A stretch of 64,000 nt of DNA, taken from Desulfobacterales bacterium (GTDB lineage: Bacteria; Desulfobacterota; Desulfobacteria; Desulfobacterales; UBA5852). A program made the position numbers and the translations under genes. Position 1 is the stretch's first letter, and the number at the start of each line of letters is the position of its first letter. Location: positions 1,088,001-1,152,000 of the forward strand of contig CAXXVS010000002.1 of the NCBI GenBank assembly GCA_963674755.2. The letters run 5' to 3'. Positions 30,445 through 39,951 of the stretch are shown here, in pieces. The notes under the pieces were generated by a model that saw nothing but the letters and a program-made list of their open reading frames with translations, did not search any database and was not told where the DNA came from.

Positions 30445-31153
30445 CACCGCCGTCATCCATCAACCCGACTTCATGCCCTACCCCGGTTTCTTCCATCGGT
30501 TGCTGGACGCGGACCTGTTCGTCGTCCTGGATCATGTCCAGTTCATGCGCGGCAGCCGAAGCTGGCACCATCGGGACCTGATCAAAACCCCCCAGGGAAC
30601 GGCCTGGCTCACCGTGAGTGTCAAAAAAAACCGCAGAGATACCGCCATCAAGGATATTCTGCTTTCGGAGGCCGTGGATTGGCGCAGCAAACATCTACAC
30701 CTCCTCCTTCACCATTACCGCAAAGCGCCCTTCTTTGAGGAAATCTTCCCCTACGTCCAGAAACTTTATGCCTGGCCTTGCGATACCCTGGTCGAATTCA
30801 ATTTGGCTTCTATCCGCATGTTGTTGGATCTTTTCGCCGTGACCGTCAATATGGTTCACAGCAGCGTACTTGGGTCCACGGCCAAAGGCTGCGACCTGCT
30901 TGTGGATCTTTTACGGAAAGTAAAGGCCTCCCGTTACCTATCCGGCAACGGTGCCCGGGACTACTACCGGCCTGAGCCGTTTGAACAGGCCGGCATCATG
31001 GTTCACTGGCAAAAATACGAGCCTGTGGTTTATCCCCAGCGCTACACCGGCTTCATTCCCAATCTGAGCAGCATCGATATGCTGTTCAACTGCGGTATTC
31101 AGAATTCCAGGCAATTGCTGCGCAAACGGACGGAGAAAGGAAAGCGACCATGA
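30422..31153 (+). CDS. WbqC-family protein
   Basis: IHQPDFMPYPGFF, WLTVSV, YLSG, YPQ..F.PNLSSIDMLFN. Confidence 0.88.
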   Translation: MPFADTYNTAVIHQPDFMPYPGFFHRLLDADLFVVLDHVQFMRGSRSWHHRDLIKTPQGTAWLTVSVKKNRRDTAIKDILLSEAVDWRSKHLHLLLHHYRKAPFFEEIFPYVQKLYAWPCDTLVEFNLASIRMLLDLFAVTVNMVHSSVLGSTAKGCDLLVDLLRKVKASRYLSGNGARDYYRPEPFEQAGIMVHWQKYEPVVYPQRYTGFIPNLSSIDMLFNCGIQNSRQLLRKRTEKGKRP

Positions 31154-31950
31154 AAATTGTCGGCACCATTGAAGCCCGCATGGGCTCCAGTCGTCTCCCC
31201 GGTAAAACCCTCATGCCCATATACGGCGACAAAACCCTGCTCGAGTTGGTGGTGGCACGTTTTAGACGCTGTCACGAGGTCGATGCCGTGTGGGTCGCCA
31301 CCTCCCGGGAACCGTCCGACGACGCCATTGCCCGGTGGTGTGCCAGCCATGGCATAGCCTGTTTTCGGGGATCCGAAGCGGACGTTCTGGATCGGGTAAC
31401 GCGAACCGCCAGAGAAGCCTGCGCCGACGGCATCGTCCAGATGGGAGCGGATTCAGCTTACCTCGACGGTGCCCTGACCGATGAGCTGGTGGCCCGGTTC
31501 CGCACCAACCGCTATGACTACGTCTGCAACGACATGCGCTTGACCTATCCACTGGGGATCTACGGCCATGTGGTACGCACGGCCTGCCTGCAAGCCCTCA
31601 ACGAGCGCCGCGATCTTGATGCCCAAGACCGTGAAGACGTGGTGCGCCCCATCTGGGAGCATCCGGAACGCTATGCCATTTTGAGCTTGTCGGCCCCGCC
31701 CGGGCTGCACTGCCCCGAAATCCGGCTGACCATCGACTACTCCGAGGATTTGACGCTGGCACGGCAAATCTACCGTCATTTCGGCCGAACCGATTTTACC
31801 ACCCGGGATATTCTGGACCTCTACGCCCGCCAACCGGACCTGTTCCGCGAAACCCGGGGATTGATTCAACGGCAGGCCCCTTTTCTCAGTGCGGTGAGCG
31901 GGTATGAAACAGCGCCTGCTTCCCCATCGGGCCGGACGATGGCCGCATGA
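31150..31950 (+). CDS. Cytidylyltransferase 2 (SpsF-like)
   Basis: EARMGSSRLPGK, RGSEADVLDR, RLTIDYSED. Confidence 0.85.
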   Translation: MKIVGTIEARMGSSRLPGKTLMPIYGDKTLLELVVARFRRCHEVDAVWVATSREPSDDAIARWCASHGIACFRGSEADVLDRVTRTAREACADGIVQMGADSAYLDGALTDELVARFRTNRYDYVCNDMRLTYPLGIYGHVVRTACLQALNERRDLDAQDREDVVRPIWEHPERYAILSLSAPPGLHCPEIRLTIDYSEDLTLARQIYRHFGRTDFTTRDILDLYARQPDLFRETRGLIQRQAPFLSAVSGYETAPASPSGRTMAA

Positions 31951-32993
31951 ACCCCCGGACCTCCATATTGTCCTCCGCCATTATCGGGACCGGGCAAATC
32001 GCAGGGGGTTATGACCAGCGTCGTCAAAGCGGCGAAACAGGGGTCTACACCCATGCCGGAGCTTATTGCCGCCACGAGGGGTTTCGACTGCGAACCGTCT
32101 GCGATATCGATCCGCAAAAAGCCCTGGCCTTCAGGCAAACCTGGGGCGTCGAACGTTGGACCACCCGCCTCCGGGATCTGACGGACGACTTCCACGACGT
32201 GATCAGCATCTGTACGCCCGACAAGACCCATGCCGCTCTTCTCCTGGCACTCATCGAAAGCCGTTGCTGCCGTTCGATTCTGGTTGAGAAACCTCTGGCC
32301 ATGAATTGCAGGCAGATGGCCAAAATTATCACGATGGCTCAGGAGGCCGGCATTCAGGTGGTGGTCAATTACCAGCGTCGTTTTGAGCGAACCTACGAGG
32401 ACCTTCGCCTTAGCATCGGAACGGACAGCCAACGTCCACGTCTGCTTGCGGCCAATGCGCATTATGTCAAGGGGCTGCTGCACATCGGCACCACCATGAT
32501 CGACACGTTGACGGCAATATGCAGTTACCCGCGCCAAGTGCTGGCCTTCAACCGGGTTTGGAATGGTGAGATCAAGGCCTACACCTACGATTTCGTGATG
32601 TTCTACCCCGACTTTAGTATTTGCGTGACCACCATCGATTCCGCCCGTGATCGCTATAACTATCACATATTCGAACTCGATTTCCTGCTGCGGGACGGCC
32701 GCATCACCCTGACCGACTGCACGCGCTGCAAAGAGACGCGACCCCTGACAACTTTTGCCTACGACGGTGTGAAGGTCATCGATGACGGCCATCCGGTATG
32801 CGAACGCACCGATTTCGACCACGCCATGGAAAATGCCATCGTCTATCTCCATGACATCACCACCGGTAAAAGACAGCATAGCGTCAATCGGCCGGAACAC
32901 TCCTACAATAATGGTCTTATCATAGAAAAAATAATGCTTTCCTATCGCCTGGGTGCCAAGCTCACCCTGAAGGAGACCGAATGGATGCTGTGA
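31947..32993 (+). CDS. Gfo/Idh/MocA oxidoreductase
   Basis: IIGTGQIA, ICTPDKTH, VEKP, VNYQRRF. Confidence 0.88.
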   Translation: MNPRTSILSSAIIGTGQIAGGYDQRRQSGETGVYTHAGAYCRHEGFRLRTVCDIDPQKALAFRQTWGVERWTTRLRDLTDDFHDVISICTPDKTHAALLLALIESRCCRSILVEKPLAMNCRQMAKIITMAQEAGIQVVVNYQRRFERTYEDLRLSIGTDSQRPRLLAANAHYVKGLLHIGTTMIDTLTAICSYPRQVLAFNRVWNGEIKAYTYDFVMFYPDFSICVTTIDSARDRYNYHIFELDFLLRDGRITLTDCTRCKETRPLTTFAYDGVKVIDDGHPVCERTDFDHAMENAIVYLHDITTGKRQHSVNRPEHSYNNGLIIEKIMLSYRLGAKLTLKETEWML

Positions 32994-34225
32994 GAACCAA
33001 ACCATTTCCGCCCTACAACCCGATCGGCCCGGAGGAAGCTGAAGCGGCCCGCCGCGTGGTGGCCGGCGGCATCTTATCCGATTTTATCGCCCGCGGGGGC
33101 GATCATTTTTGCGGGGGCCCACAGGTTCGCGAATTCGAATCGCGTTGGGCCGATTTCCATGGCGTCAAGCACGCCGTCTCGTTCAATTCAGCCACGTCGG
33201 GACTCATTGCGGCGCTGGGTGCCCTGGAGGTACTGCCCGGCGATGAGATCCTGGTGATCGGATACAGCATGTGCATTTCGGCAACCGTGCCGCTGTTTTA
33301 CGATGCCATCCCCGTCTTCGTGGATATTGAGCCGGACTACTACGGCATGGACCCGGCACACATCGAAGCGCACATAACACCGCGCACCAGAGTCATCCTG
33401 CCTGTAGATCTCTTCGGACAATCGGTCGACATGGATCGTATCAATACGATCGCCCGCAAGCATGGCCTCAAGGTGTTGAACGACGCCTCGCACGTCCCGG
33501 GCTGCCGCTATAGGGAGGGATTTGCGGGCACCTATGGTCATATCGGGGTGTTCAGCCTGAATCAACACAAGATCATCCATTGCGGTGAGGGAGGCGTGGC
33601 GGTTACCGACGATGACGACCTGGCCCTTCGACTCCAGTTGATCCGCAATCATGCCGAGGCGGTTGTCAGCGATATGGCCTACGGCAATCTGACCAACATG
33701 CTGGGAACCAATACCCGCATGGGTGAAGTGGAGGCCGCCATTGCCATCGAACAGCTCCGCAAGCTGCCCCGCCTGCTTGAACAGCGCATCCGCTTGTCGA
33801 CCTATCTAACGAAACGTCTATCGCGCCTGGAGTATCTGACGCCCCCAGCCGTGCGGCCTTCCAGCGAGCACGTATATTATCTTTATCCCATACGCTACCA
33901 TGCGGAGGCTACAGGGATCAGCCGCGCACGCTTCGTACGGAATTTGCGCACGCTCGGCATCCCCATCCACAAATTTGCCGAAGGCTATATCCGCCCCCTC
34001 TATCTCGAACCCATCTTTCAGCACCGGGACGCCCTTAAAAACGGCTATCCCTACAAGCTGCGGCCGGAATCGGAACGGCCACACTATTCAGAAGGTCTCT
34101 GCCCGGTTCAGGAGCGCTTGTATAGGGATGAAATGATCATAACCGCCTATAACTACCCGCCTCTCGAGATCTCCGACATGGAAGATGTCGTCAAAGCGTT
34201 TGAACGCGCGGGGTCGATGCCATGA
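32981..34225 (+). CDS. DegT/DnrJ/EryC1/StrS aminotransferase 2
   Basis: NSATSGL, DASH, FSLNQHKIIHCGEGG, IRNHAE. Confidence 0.9.
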   Translation: MDAVRTKPFPPYNPIGPEEAEAARRVVAGGILSDFIARGGDHFCGGPQVREFESRWADFHGVKHAVSFNSATSGLIAALGALEVLPGDEILVIGYSMCISATVPLFYDAIPVFVDIEPDYYGMDPAHIEAHITPRTRVILPVDLFGQSVDMDRINTIARKHGLKVLNDASHVPGCRYREGFAGTYGHIGVFSLNQHKIIHCGEGGVAVTDDDDLALRLQLIRNHAEAVVSDMAYGNLTNMLGTNTRMGEVEAAIAIEQLRKLPRLLEQRIRLSTYLTKRLSRLEYLTPPAVRPSSEHVYYLYPIRYHAEATGISRARFVRNLRTLGIPIHKFAEGYIRPLYLEPIFQHRDALKNGYPYKLRPESERPHYSEGLCPVQERLYRDEMIITAYNYPPLEISDMEDVVKAFERAGSMP

Positions 34226-35202
34226 GCCTTAACCATCTTGAAGCCTATAACCAGGACCTGCATGCCTATCTATTGGCGGTGGCATCCTATGCCCGTGAAC
34301 TTGGCACTCAAAACCTAACGTACCGTCCATGCCCCGTCTGTCGAGGAACCGATCTTTCCGGTTTCGCTCATAACGGATTTTTCAACTATGACCGCTGCGA
34401 TCAATGTGGGCTCGTTTTCATGAATCCCACCTTCCCTCCGGAACAAGTCAACGAAGGGTTTAAAGGGGAGGACGCTCTCCTGATGCAGTACTTCCAGCTT
34501 ATGATCAAATACAAGCAGCCGCTGCGTACCACCATCGAAGATCCCATGCAGGACGGGCAGCTAAAAGATATTTTTTCGTTTAAAAAGCAGGGACGCCTGC
34601 TCGATATCGGCTGTTCGGTGGGTGACTTTCTGCACAGGGCCAAACACTATTACGATGTCGAAGGAATCGAGGTTAATCCATATACCGCTGATGTAGCGGC
34701 CGATCATTTCAGAATCCACCGCGACTATCTGGGGAATCTTGCCTTGGGCAAAGACTACGATATTGTCACCTTGAACCAGATATTGTACGGCGTTCCTTCG
34801 CCTGTGGACTTATTGAATGAAATCCGTGCCGTGCTAAAGGAGGACGGTATCCTCTATGTCAACACGCCCAATGCTGACGCCTATGCGGTTCAGCTTTACG
34901 GCGGCCGCTGCAATCATCTTTACGGATATACCACTCAGCATGTTTTCAGCCATAGCGCACTGGCCAAACTGGCAGCCTGTTGCGGCTTTAAATTAGCTTC
35001 TTTCCGCACTGAATGGCTCGATATCTACTTGACGGATCTTTTAGTTTTCCTGGACGAACCGGATCATTTCATCCATCGGCGCAATGCCCAGGTACTAGAT
35101 TACGCGGACAGGATTCGCCGGGAGGAAGAACTGATTCGTCACATGAATTTGGAGCTTGGCCATCGGGGCAATTATCTCGTGGCCGTTCTGGTGAGACAAT
35201 GA
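34222..35202 (+). CDS. Class I SAM-dependent methyltransferase with N-terminal Cys4 motif
   Basis: CPVC...CDQC; LLDIGCSVG; TPN. Confidence 0.85.
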   Translation: MSLNHLEAYNQDLHAYLLAVASYARELGTQNLTYRPCPVCRGTDLSGFAHNGFFNYDRCDQCGLVFMNPTFPPEQVNEGFKGEDALLMQYFQLMIKYKQPLRTTIEDPMQDGQLKDIFSFKKQGRLLDIGCSVGDFLHRAKHYYDVEGIEVNPYTADVAADHFRIHRDYLGNLALGKDYDIVTLNQILYGVPSPVDLLNEIRAVLKEDGILYVNTPNADAYAVQLYGGRCNHLYGYTTQHVFSHSALAKLAACCGFKLASFRTEWLDIYLTDLLVFLDEPDHFIHRRNAQVLDYADRIRREEELIRHMNLELGHRGNYLVAVLVRQ

Positions 35203-36293
35203 CGACCCCGCGCGTGCTATTTTTCAGTTGTGAAGCCGGTGGTGCGGAAGTACTGATACCTGTCGTCCGCCTTCTGGAAGCCCACGGTGGATACCATGTT
35301 ACCGTCGCCTGCTACGGCCATGCGCTTTCGCGCTTCACCCGCCGCAAAATTTCCTGCGCGACCCTTCAGCCCGTGCTCCGGGACGATGACGCATGGGTCG
35401 AAAGGTTCCGGCCGGATCTCCTGATAACATCGGCCACCAGCCTGCCGGCCGAAGACATGTCGGAAAAACATCTATGGCAGCACGCGCGCATGAACGGTAT
35501 ACCGTCCCTGGCCTTTCTGGACCAATGGCAAAATTACGCATTGCGCTTTTCCGGCCCCCGACCGAACGAGGGCCTGCGGTTTCAACCTGATTTTATCAAT
35601 TGCCTGAATCAAATCGGACATCAGGAAATGACAGCGGCCGGATTCGAAGCCCGGCGTCTGCTTATGCTGGGGCACCCCTATCTCGACAGTCTGCCGGCCG
35701 CCGCTGCCCGACTTGATCTTGAGGCGATCCGCAAAACGATGGGAATTGGGCTTTCCCGGCATGCTCTGCTTTTCGTATCGGAACCCATCCATGAGTACTG
35801 CGGTCTTTCGCGCGGCTACGATCAGTATACCATCCTGGAGAGCTTGCTGGAATGCTCGAAGAAGATGTCGCCGCCACCGGAGGTTTTGATCAAACTGCAT
35901 CCGAAGGACAATCCGGAACACTACCGAACTCTCCTATCGAGATTTAAAAACGATAGGGTGCATTTGCTCGACGCTTCGGTTAACCCCTTGCAGTGTATTG
36001 TCGCCGTCGATCGGGTTTATGGGATAAGTTCGGTGATGTTGCTGGAATCCTATGTTTTGGGCAAAGAAACCTTTTCGATTCAACCGAATTTGCAGATTGA
36101 TGATCCCTGCGTATTGTCCAAGTATGGTTATATCAAACGACTGGAAGTGATAAATTCGGTCACGATGACTGATAACGGCGGGGCAGGCGAAATGCCATTT
36201 GATTACCGTTTTGATGCCCATGCCTTTTTGTCGATCGTGATGAGGCTGGTTGCTCCGCCTTGGGGAGATTATTCGCCCGGCCGGCAATCTTGA
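35199..36293 (+). CDS. GT-B-like protein with HP motifs, candidate ulosonate transferase
   Basis: ATGA overlap with previous gene; EAGGAE, LDQWQNY, LGHPY, IKLHPKD, SSVMLLES. Confidence 0.6.
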   Translation: MTTPRVLFFSCEAGGAEVLIPVVRLLEAHGGYHVTVACYGHALSRFTRRKISCATLQPVLRDDDAWVERFRPDLLITSATSLPAEDMSEKHLWQHARMNGIPSLAFLDQWQNYALRFSGPRPNEGLRFQPDFINCLNQIGHQEMTAAGFEARRLLMLGHPYLDSLPAAAARLDLEAIRKTMGIGLSRHALLFVSEPIHEYCGLSRGYDQYTILESLLECSKKMSPPPEVLIKLHPKDNPEHYRTLLSRFKNDRVHLLDASVNPLQCIVAVDRVYGISSVMLLESYVLGKETFSIQPNLQIDDPCVLSKYGYIKRLEVINSVTMTDNGGAGEMPFDYRFDAHAFLSIVMRLVAPPWGDYSPGRQS

Positions 36294-36301
36294 TCCTTGA
36301 C

Positions 36302-36317
36302 TGCCAAAATATTGACA
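36302..36317. promoter_or_regulatory. Putative enhancer site (FleQ-box-like)
   Basis: TGCCAAAATATTGACA, ~180 bp upstream of the sigma54 promoter at 36499. Confidence 0.5.
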
Positions 36318-36498
36318 TCGGCCAAAAGAATTATGAGAAGCTGTGCTGTTGTTCCGGGTATTATCATCCCCCTTCTACGACCAAACCCGATCTCAGGAGC
36401 GTGTTTTCCTCCACCAGCGCTGAGTTCCCGCTGTTCACCACCGTCCTACCTTTGACCAGTCAATACGCGTCGGCGGGACCGCGCCGGTTATTCCACAA

Positions 36499-36514
36499 TG
36501 GCATGTAAATTGCT
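36499..36514 (+). promoter_or_regulatory. sigma54 promoter, glycosylation operon 2
   Basis: TGGCAT-GTAAA-TTGCT in the only large intergenic gap of the island. Confidence 0.82.
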
Positions 36515-36606
36515 TTTCCTTGTCGCTGACCGGTTCATCTCTCAGGCCGGAACCGTACCGCAATATTCGCAGCGAAGAACGCTATCTGGCATTTAAAAGG
36601 GCTCAT

Positions 36607-37236
36607 ATGAATATCCTGGCAATCGGAGCGCATTTTGACGATATCGAACTCGGGTGCGGCGGAGCGCTGGCCAAACACGTTCATGATGGCGATGCAGTTT
36701 TTGCCTACGTGGCCACCGTCTCAGGTTTCACCAGTCATGACCACAGGGTCATCCGTACGAATGAGGTGGCACGCAAAGAAGGGCGCAGTGCCATGGAGGT
36801 CCTCGGCATCACCCTTTTCGAAGGCCGGTTTCCCACCCTGAAAATCGAGTTCTCCGAAGCGTTGAACGCTGATATCTTGGCCATTGTCGAAAAGCATCAT
36901 ATCGACAGAGTTTACACCCATTGGACAGGCGATATTCATCACGACCACCAGGCCGTGGCTCAGGCTTCGCTGCACAGCTGCCGGCATGTCCCCTGCCTTC
37001 TGATGTACCGCAGCAACTGGTACCACTCCCCGCACGATTTCCACGGGAATTTCTATGTCGATATAACCCCCTACTGGTCCATCAAGGTGAAATCAATCAA
37101 AGCTCATGCTTCCGAACTGGAACGCACGCGTCACAAATGGCTGAGCTTTTTTGAAAACGAGGCCGAAAATGCGGGGCAGCGCATCGGTGTTCGTTATGCG
37201 GAAATTTTCGAGGTGGTCAAATGGCTGGAAAGATAG
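36607..37236 (+). CDS. PIG-L/LmbE-family N-deacetylase
   Basis: GAHFDDIELGCGG (HxDD), DIHHDH (HxDH). Confidence 0.88.
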   Translation: MNILAIGAHFDDIELGCGGALAKHVHDGDAVFAYVATVSGFTSHDHRVIRTNEVARKEGRSAMEVLGITLFEGRFPTLKIEFSEALNADILAIVEKHHIDRVYTHWTGDIHHDHQAVAQASLHSCRHVPCLLMYRSNWYHSPHDFHGNFYVDITPYWSIKVKSIKAHASELERTRHKWLSFFENEAENAGQRIGVRYAEIFEVVKWLER

Positions 37237-37289
37237 CGAGCGGACCTACCCAGAGTTCAACTGAACCGTTTCGCTCGACCGGTACCGGT

Positions 37290-38339
37290 ATGGCGCCTGA
37301 TGTATTTAAAAGCGATTCAGGGCCGCTGATCATAGCCGGCCCCTGCAGTGCCGAAACGGAAGCTCAGGTTCTGGCAACGGCCTGCCAGTTATCGGAAATC
37401 GGGCGGATCGACATTTTCCGGGCAGGCTTGTGGAAGCCCCGCACCCGGCCCAATAGTTTTGAAGGGGTGGGCCAACAGGGACTGCCCTGGCTGAAAAAGG
37501 CGAAAGCCCTGACCCATTTAAAGACCGCTACGGAAGCGGCCAATGCGCATCATATCGAACACTGCTTGGAACAAGGGATCGATTTCATCTGGATCGGCGC
37601 ACGGACGACCGTGAATCCCTTCCTGATCGAGGACATCGCGGAAGCATTACGGGGTGCCGATGTCCCCGTTCTCGTCAAAAATCCCATCAATCCCCAGATC
37701 GATCTCTGGATAGGGGCGATCGAGCGTCTCTATCGAAAAGGCGTTCGGCAAATTGCCGCCGTTCATCGGGGTTTCAGCCACAGCGCCCCCGGCAAATTGC
37801 GCTACGACCCCGCCTGGATGATTCCCATCGAGCTCAAACGTCATTTGCCGCATATCCCTCTGATATGCGACCCGAGCCACATGGCCGGCCAACGGGAGCT
37901 TATAAAGCCTTTAGCCCAGATGGCACTCGATTTCGGGATGGAGGGTTTGATGATCGAAAGCCATGTCCATCCAGCCCAAGCCTTCAGCGATACGGCGCAG
38001 CAACTGGAGCCCGTGCAGTTAAAGCGTCTGCTGTCCGACCTGGTAGTCCGCCGTCCGGGGACGCAGGGCCATGGCATCGACCAGGCCCTGGATACGTTGC
38101 GAAACCAGATCAACCTGACGGATACGCAAATCATCAATGCGCTCAGCAAACGAATGGGGTTGGTCCGTGAAATAGGCCACCTCAAACGCACCCACAATAT
38201 TCCGGTTTTTCAGCTGGAGCGATGGGATGCGCTCCAGAATGAACGCATATCCCAGGGATGCCGGGCCGGACTGGAAGATTACTTCATCAAAGGCCTTTTT
38301 GACCTTATTCATGCCCATTCCGTCGAGGCGCAGTTCTAG
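37290..38339 (+). CDS. Bifunctional DAHP synthase (I-beta) / C-terminal AroQ chorismate mutase
   Basis: IAGPCSAE, WKPRT, WIGART, HRGF, CDPSH, IESH; C-terminus LRNQINLTD...KRM...IGHLK...QLERW; start 37290 or 37221. Confidence 0.9.
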   Translation: MAPDVFKSDSGPLIIAGPCSAETEAQVLATACQLSEIGRIDIFRAGLWKPRTRPNSFEGVGQQGLPWLKKAKALTHLKTATEAANAHHIEHCLEQGIDFIWIGARTTVNPFLIEDIAEALRGADVPVLVKNPINPQIDLWIGAIERLYRKGVRQIAAVHRGFSHSAPGKLRYDPAWMIPIELKRHLPHIPLICDPSHMAGQRELIKPLAQMALDFGMEGLMIESHVHPAQAFSDTAQQLEPVQLKRLLSDLVVRRPGTQGHGIDQALDTLRNQINLTDTQIINALSKRMGLVREIGHLKRTHNIPVFQLERWDALQNERISQGCRAGLEDYFIKGLFDLIHAHSVEAQF

Positions 38340-38369
38340 TGGGCGCACGTTGTCTGAAAGGAAACGCTT

Positions 38370-39083
38370 ATGACCTCCGTTGGTGACACCATCGAATCCG
38401 GCAATGCCCGCTGGTCGTTTGGCGGCAGTGTTTGCGACATATTTGATCAACACGTGCGCAAATCGGTCCCCCTTTACGATCTAGGTCATTCCCTCGTCTG
38501 TCAGCTCAGTGATTTTTTTATCTACGAGAACGCGGTCTGTTACGAGTTGGGATGTTCCACCGGCGAGCTGCTGATTCAGCTTGCCTCGCGGAACGCCGAC
38601 AAGGCGGGGGCACGCTTTATCGGCATCGATAAAGAAGCAAACATGATCCAAAAGGCGGTCGACAAAAGCAGGGATCTTACCAATATCCAATTCGTTTGCG
38701 ACGATGTCCTACACCATGAATACGAGAAAGCCGACATGATCGTGGCCTATTACACGATCCAATTCATCCGCCCGGCGAAGCGTCAGACGCTGTTCGATAC
38801 GGTCTATCAGGCCTTGAATTGGGGCGGCGCCTTTCTGCTCTTCGAAAAAGTGCGCGGCCCCGACGCACGTTTTCAGGACATCATTTCCACCATGTACAGC
38901 GACTATAAAATCGAGCAGGGATATTCGGAAGCCGAGATCGTCAATAAAACACGGAGCCTGAAAGGCGTTCTCGAACCGTTTTCCACCCAGGGGAATCTGG
39001 ACCTGCTCAGCCGCGCCGGCTTCAAGGACTATATGACCCTGATGAAATCGATGTGTTTCGAAGGGTTTTTTGCGATTAAGTAG
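38370..39083 (+). CDS. CmoA-like (carboxy-S-adenosylmethionine synthase family) SAM-binding protein
   Basis: WSF...FDQHVRKSVPLY, YELGCSTG, TIQF, FEK, GYSEAEI..K..L..VL, L..AGF; parallels E. coli CmoA along its length. Confidence 0.78.
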   Translation: MTSVGDTIESGNARWSFGGSVCDIFDQHVRKSVPLYDLGHSLVCQLSDFFIYENAVCYELGCSTGELLIQLASRNADKAGARFIGIDKEANMIQKAVDKSRDLTNIQFVCDDVLHHEYEKADMIVAYYTIQFIRPAKRQTLFDTVYQALNWGGAFLLFEKVRGPDARFQDIISTMYSDYKIEQGYSEAEIVNKTRSLKGVLEPFSTQGNLDLLSRAGFKDYMTLMKSMCFEGFFAIK

Positions 39084-39095
39084 GATGAGCCCGCC

Positions 39096-39926
39096 ATGCT
39101 GATCGAATACGCCAATTTGAAATTCGGCTACCATGATGAAGGCTGGGACCTGGCTTTCCGGGACCGGGATATCGATCAATACCGTTTCCGACTGCTGATA
39201 AACGATCATACGATTCACTCGGTTTTCAAAGAAATCTACATGATCGTTGCGGATTTGCGGGCCGCCGGGCGGCCGGTTACCATGCTGGACGTGGGTTGCG
39301 GCACCGGCCACCAAATTGCCAGCCTCGCCTATCTTTGTGACCGCAGCGTCGGATTTGATATTTCGCCGGCCGTCATCGAAAACAATCGCTGTCTGAATAC
39401 GACGACCGAATATATCCTAGGCGACGCTCTCCGCCACCCGTCCTTCAAAGAGCCCTTCACGGTTGTTCTCATGGCGGGTGTTCTCTACAGCATCGACGGG
39501 CGTCGCGAAACGCATTTGCGCATCCTGCGGGAGGTGCACCGCGCCCTGGCGGATGAGGGCACCTTCGTTTTTTATCACCGCGGGTATCTCAGTCTGGTCA
39601 AATACCTGGATTTGCGCATCAGGGCCCTGCGGGACCGCATCATGAAAAACCAAAAGCGCGACTATGCCATGTGCTATTTCGATGATCGCTACATTCGTTC
39701 CTTGTGCGATCAGGTCGGGTTCGAAATTATTCGTTCGCGCAAATCCGACTTCGCCTACTATCTGTGCAATACGATTTTCAAAAAAATCCTGACGAGGCCG
39801 TCGCCCAACGTCTGGGACAGTTTCGCCAATCTGAACCTATTGGGGCGGTTTGTTTACATCGTCGCCAAATATGCCATGCCGTTTCTGTGCGCACGCAGTT
39901 CCACTTTCATCCTGAAAAAAGCGTGA
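39096..39926 (+). CDS. Class I SAM-dependent transferase
   Basis: MLDVGCGTG, GFDIS, LREVHRALADEG. Confidence 0.85.
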   Translation: MLIEYANLKFGYHDEGWDLAFRDRDIDQYRFRLLINDHTIHSVFKEIYMIVADLRAAGRPVTMLDVGCGTGHQIASLAYLCDRSVGFDISPAVIENNRCLNTTTEYILGDALRHPSFKEPFTVVLMAGVLYSIDGRRETHLRILREVHRALADEGTFVFYHRGYLSLVKYLDLRIRALRDRIMKNQKRDYAMCYFDDRYIRSLCDQVGFEIIRSRKSDFAYYLCNTIFKKILTRPSPNVWDSFANLNLLGRFVYIVAKYAMPFLCARSSTFILKKA

Positions 39927-39951
39927 TCGCAGGAAGGTTGTAAACGGCCGC

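Noticed and set aside
37290..38339. KdsA (Kdo8P synthase) call, given the sugar context
   Set aside because: Has KPRT rather than KANRS and a fused chorismate mutase domain
38370..39083. Housekeeping tRNA cmoA gene symbol
   Set aside because: No recognisable cmoB neighbour, glycan-operon context and altered key positions; left as CmoA-like
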